Below are positions 42,491-45,899 of a stretch of DNA of 45,899 nucleotides, piece after piece. Under the pieces are notes generated by a model. The model saw only the letters and a list, made by a program, of their open reading frames with translations. It searched no databases and was not told the origin of the DNA. This stretch comes from a virus. The position numbers and the translations under genes were made by a program. Position 1 is the first letter of the stretch. Every line of letters starts with the position of its first letter. The stretch spans positions 1 through 45,899 of IMG/VR virus record IMGVR_UViG_3300045988_015578, one strand, 5' to 3'.

Positions 42491-42984
42491 CGAAAGAAGA
42501 AATTAAACAGTCAGTGAAAATGTCGGAGATCCTTTCCAGGTACGGACTAAAGCCGAATAGAGCAGGATTTATATGTTGTCCTTTTCACAAGGAAAAATCA
42601 GCATCCTGCAAAATCTACGATGATTCCTTTTACTGCTTCGGCTGCGGAACCGGTGGCGATGTGTTTGATTTCGTGATGCAATACGAATCCGTCCCTTTTA
42701 GTACTGCATTTATCGAGCTGGGCGGTACTTATATTTCAAAAAAAGGTAAAAGTCGTAACCAGATCAGACATGAAATGCGAGATATTAAATCAAAAAAATG
42801 CAATCCTGATCAGGTCCCAAACGAGCTTGAGCAGGTAGAAAAGAACATACTTATGTACGAAACAGCACTAAAAACGTTCCCTCCTGATTCAGAAGAGTGG
42901 TATATGTGCCAATTCAATCTCGAGAAAGAAAAAAGCAGACATGAATTGCTGTCTGTTAAGTCAGGAGGTGAGGAAAATTCTTGA
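42487..42984 (+). CDS. CHC2 zinc-finger primase-like protein
   Basis: CCPFHKEKSASCKIY...FYCFGCGTGGDVFDF is the DnaG-type zinc finger. Confidence 0.75.
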   Translation: MTKEEIKQSVKMSEILSRYGLKPNRAGFICCPFHKEKSASCKIYDDSFYCFGCGTGGDVFDFVMQYESVPFSTAFIELGGTYISKKGKSRNQIRHEMRDIKSKKCNPDQVPNELEQVEKNILMYETALKTFPPDSEEWYMCQFNLEKEKSRHELLSVKSGGEENS

Positions 42985-44899
42985 AAATATTGGAAATTTA
43001 CAAGCACAAGACTTTATGGAAAAGCAACTGTATGAAGAACTTTTTGCGATAAAAAGTAAAATCGATCGTTCCGAAATCAAATTTAAACTGATGGACCGGG
43101 CAAAAAGTGTGAAAGCGAAACATATAGCAGAAGAGTTCATAAAGGAATTTCAGAAAGCAGAGCAGGAAAAGGAAAAAGAAGAAAAAGCAAATCGTTCTAT
43201 GCAGTTGGTTGAAAACATCACAAATTTCTATCCTGATTCTGTTGATAAGGAATATCCTAACATGGCTTGTGGCAGCTGGATAGCTACAGAGAACGGAATA
43301 TTTTCCTCTGAAACATCTAAGGCAAGAGAACTTGTATGTCACCACCCGATCATGCCGATACGTCGGCTAAAAAACATCGAGACAGGAGAAGAACAGATCA
43401 CTGTAGCATTTAAGAGAGATGGCTACTGGACAGAAATAACTGTTCCAAAAATTGACATTGTGACTTCCAGAGCAATAACTAATCTTGCAAGGTTCGGGGT
43501 GCAGGTCAACTCAGAGAATGCAAGGCTTCTCGTAAAGTATCTGGCGGATGTTGAAATGTACAATGCCGATATGATCGACATACAGCACTCTACAAGCAAG
43601 TTAGGGTGGCATGGCAATGTATTTGTGCCTTACGACCTTTCAATTGTTTTTGATGGCGAATACCGCTTTAAAACACTATTCCAAAGCATACAGGAAAATG
43701 GAGATTACTTCAAATGGGTAACTCTAGCTAAACAGCTGCGGTCGTGCGGACGATTAGAGCCACGAATAGCACTGGCGGCATCTTTTGCAAGTGTGCTTGT
43801 ACAGCCGCTTGATGTATTACCGTTCATCGTAGATTTCTACGGACAGACAGGTGGTGGAAAGACAGTAACGATCAATATAGCGGCATCAGTTTGGGGAAAT
43901 CCTGCGCCGGGAGCTTACGTTGGAAACTTTCGATCAACAGATACATCATTAGAGACCAGGGCAGATATGCTTAATAACTTCCCGATGATTCTGGACGACT
44001 CAAAGAACGCTTCTCAGTATATCCGGGATAACTACGAAACACTTATATACAATCTATGCTCAGGAAAAGGAAAAGGAAGATCTAACAAGGACCTTGGCGC
44101 TGCAAAAGAGAACACTTGGAGCAATGTCACCATCTGCAATGGTGAGAATCCTATTTCTGAGTTTGCAGATTCTGGAGGAGCAATCAACAGAATTATTGAG
44201 ATTGAGTGTTGCGAGGATATTTACGAGAATCCAGCAGAGATTAACGGCATTGTCGTGAAGAACTACGGCTTTGCCGGAAGAGTGTTCGTTGGAAATCTCA
44301 AACAGTTCGCATCGGACGATCTGAAAGAAATGAAAGCCGAAATTGAGAAAGGTTTTGACGGATATGACTTTCCAGCCAAACAGGTAATGGCTATATCTAC
44401 ACTTCTGCTAGCTGACAAATTAGCTACAGATTTCATATTTAAGGACGGACGTGAGCTGACGATTGAGGACGTTGTGGATATACCTACACGCAAGAAAGAT
44501 GTATCAGAAGGTCAGAGATGCTATGAATTCATTCTTGAAAGTCTTTCCGTGTACGGGCAACACTTTGATGCACAATTCAGCTGTGATCAATGGGGCTTCA
44601 AGGAAACTCCAGATGAGTATGGAGACGTATATGTATACTTTTATCCGAAACCTCTTGAAAACCTTTTGAAAAACAATGGATTCTCTAGGAAAGCCTTTTC
44701 AGCTTGGGCGATTAATCGAGAGCTAATTAAGCATACAGGAAAGAGAGACACGGTATTAAAAAGAGATGGAGGAAGTGTGATGAGGCTTATCGCAGTAAAA
44801 ATTATTGATATAAAAAGCCTCGAAAATGAACAAGAAAATGAGGTTATTGAAACTGGTTTTCTGCCAACTAATGCCAAAACAAATGTTCCGTTTTCGTAA
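42941..44899 (+). CDS. DUF927/P4-type replicative helicase (primase-associated)
   Basis: Walker A GQTGGGKT and Walker B MILDD; large N-terminal domain. The start is uncertain (42941, 42968 or 43016). Confidence 0.7.
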   Translation: MNCCLLSQEVRKILENIGNLQAQDFMEKQLYEELFAIKSKIDRSEIKFKLMDRAKSVKAKHIAEEFIKEFQKAEQEKEKEEKANRSMQLVENITNFYPDSVDKEYPNMACGSWIATENGIFSSETSKARELVCHHPIMPIRRLKNIETGEEQITVAFKRDGYWTEITVPKIDIVTSRAITNLARFGVQVNSENARLLVKYLADVEMYNADMIDIQHSTSKLGWHGNVFVPYDLSIVFDGEYRFKTLFQSIQENGDYFKWVTLAKQLRSCGRLEPRIALAASFASVLVQPLDVLPFIVDFYGQTGGGKTVTINIAASVWGNPAPGAYVGNFRSTDTSLETRADMLNNFPMILDDSKNASQYIRDNYETLIYNLCSGKGKGRSNKDLGAAKENTWSNVTICNGENPISEFADSGGAINRIIEIECCEDIYENPAEINGIVVKNYGFAGRVFVGNLKQFASDDLKEMKAEIEKGFDGYDFPAKQVMAISTLLLADKLATDFIFKDGRELTIEDVVDIPTRKKDVSEGQRCYEFILESLSVYGQHFDAQFSCDQWGFKETPDEYGDVYVYFYPKPLENLLKNNGFSRKAFSAWAINRELIKHTGKRDTVLKRDGGSVMRLIAVKIIDIKSLENEQENEVIETGFLPTNAKTNVPFS

Positions 44900-44901
44900 T
44901 T

Positions 44902-45204
44902 TGTAACCATGTAACCGCTGTAACACGAAAAAAAGCGTCCTATAGGAGGAAATTTGAGAGTGTATAAAAAACATATACTCTAGTGATTCTCCTATATGAA
45001 AACCTTGGTTACATTGGTTACACGGTTACATACCTCTGAAACCCGCATAAAATAAGGGCTTTTGGCGTAACCAATAGATTGAAAAAGTCGGTTACACATG
45101 GGTTACAAAATTAAAAAATATATACAATTAGATTTATTATAACAAAATTAATTGAATATTGCAAAAATATTTAGTTGACATAATTATCACAAGGAGTGGT
45201 TACA
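44902..45204. repeat. iteron array plus AT-rich tract: putative replication origin
   Basis: Ten GGTTACA/TGTAACC heptamers lie at 44902, 44910, 44919, 45007, 45016, 45024, 45067, 45090, 45101 and 45198. An imperfect palindrome spans 44939-44996 and an AT-rich tract spans 45108-45175. Confidence 0.65.
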
Positions 45205-45206
45205 AA

Positions 45207-45899
45207 ATGAAAAAAGACGATCTCAATAAAAAGCAGAGATATGCATTAGACACGATGCTGTCTGGTAGTAATGTTTTTCTGACAGGTGATGCAGGAACAG
45301 GCAAGACAACGGTTATTCAGACATTCATTGATGAGGCGGAAAAAGCTGGTAAAAGCATTCTGGTATCTGCCACTACTGGAATAGCTGCGGATAATATCGG
45401 GTATGGAGCGACCACCGTGCATCGCGCGTTAAATATCTCAATTAAGTTTGAGGATTATAAGAAAAAAGTGAAATCCAGATCTGAACTGCTGAAGGAAGCA
45501 GATATCCTTATTATTGACGAGATCAGTATGTGCCGGTTCGACCTGTTTAATATGATTGCAAAGACAATCATCACGGAGAATGAAGAGAGAGCCGTTGACA
45601 GACTTTTGAACGGAGAGGATAAAGAAGATATTCAGCTAATCGTAATCGGGGATTTCTACCAGCTTCCACCAGTTATCACGACAGATGATCGTAAAATCCT
45701 CTGCCGGATGTATGGATCTAATTATGGAAAAGGCGGAAAGTACGAACACGGATATGCTTTCATGTCTGAATACTGGAAAGAAATGGGGTTTGAATATATT
45801 AAACTTGATGAGGTATGCAGGCAGAATGATGAGGGATTTAAGTATGTGCTGAATGATATTAAATATGGCAACAATATTAGAAAATCCATTGCATATCTG
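45207..45899 (+). CDS. PIF1/RecD-like SF1 DNA helicase, 5' portion (continues at position 1)
   Basis: AAGGAG RBS. Walker A GDAGTGKTT, Walker B IIDEISM, and GDFYQLPPV. Confidence 0.85.
   Translation, partial: MKKDDLNKKQRYALDTMLSGSNVFLTGDAGTGKTTVIQTFIDEAEKAGKSILVSATTGIAADNIGYGATTVHRALNISIKFEDYKKKVKSRSELLKEADILIIDEISMCRFDLFNMIAKTIITENEERAVDRLLNGEDKEDIQLIVIGDFYQLPPVITTDDRKILCRMYGSNYGKGGKYEHGYAFMSEYWKEMGFEYIKLDEVCRQNDEGFKYVLNDIKYGNNIRKSIAYL

Noticed and set aside
1-45899. CRISPR arrays, rRNA genes, IS elements or transposases
   Set aside because: No regularly spaced direct repeats with unique spacers were seen, and no rRNA-like sequence or transposase ORFs. The only mobile-type genes are the integrase and the HNH endonuclease.

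Overview
The window is a complete, circularly closed genome of about 45.8 kb from a temperate siphovirus-like phage. Bases 1-99 are identical to 45801-45899, and a PIF1-like helicase ORF reads through that junction. AGGAGG-type ribosome binding sites, TRTG-type extended -10 promoters and a GH25/CHAP/SH3 lysin suggest a Firmicutes (Clostridia-like) host; this is inference. Module order on the + strand: (1) early genes of many small ORFs (810-7406); (2) packaging and head genes (7545-12122); (3) a mosaic accessory island of about 5.6 kb between the MuF-like gene and the scaffold gene (12122-17714); (4) an ORF-poor structured region of about 800 nt with two non-canonical tRNA-like modules (17722-18568); (5) scaffold, capsid, connector, tail, tape-measure, fibre and endolysin genes (18569-34033); (6) attP and lysogeny region (34034-38200), mostly on the - strand, with a small-RNA candidate, integrase, a LytTR regulator operon and a CI-like repressor with a three-operator switch; (7) early and replication genes (38204-44899); (8) an iteron-rich putative origin (44902-45204). 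The most unusual items are the structured RNA region with paired tRNA-like elements, driven by a duplicated late-promoter motif (candidate large phage ncRNA of the ROOL/GOLLD type); a five-gene cassette of low-complexity, Cys-rich, spore-surface-like proteins; and a strongly promoted antisense two-gene operon inside the late region. All family names come from motif recognition by eye, not from database searches.
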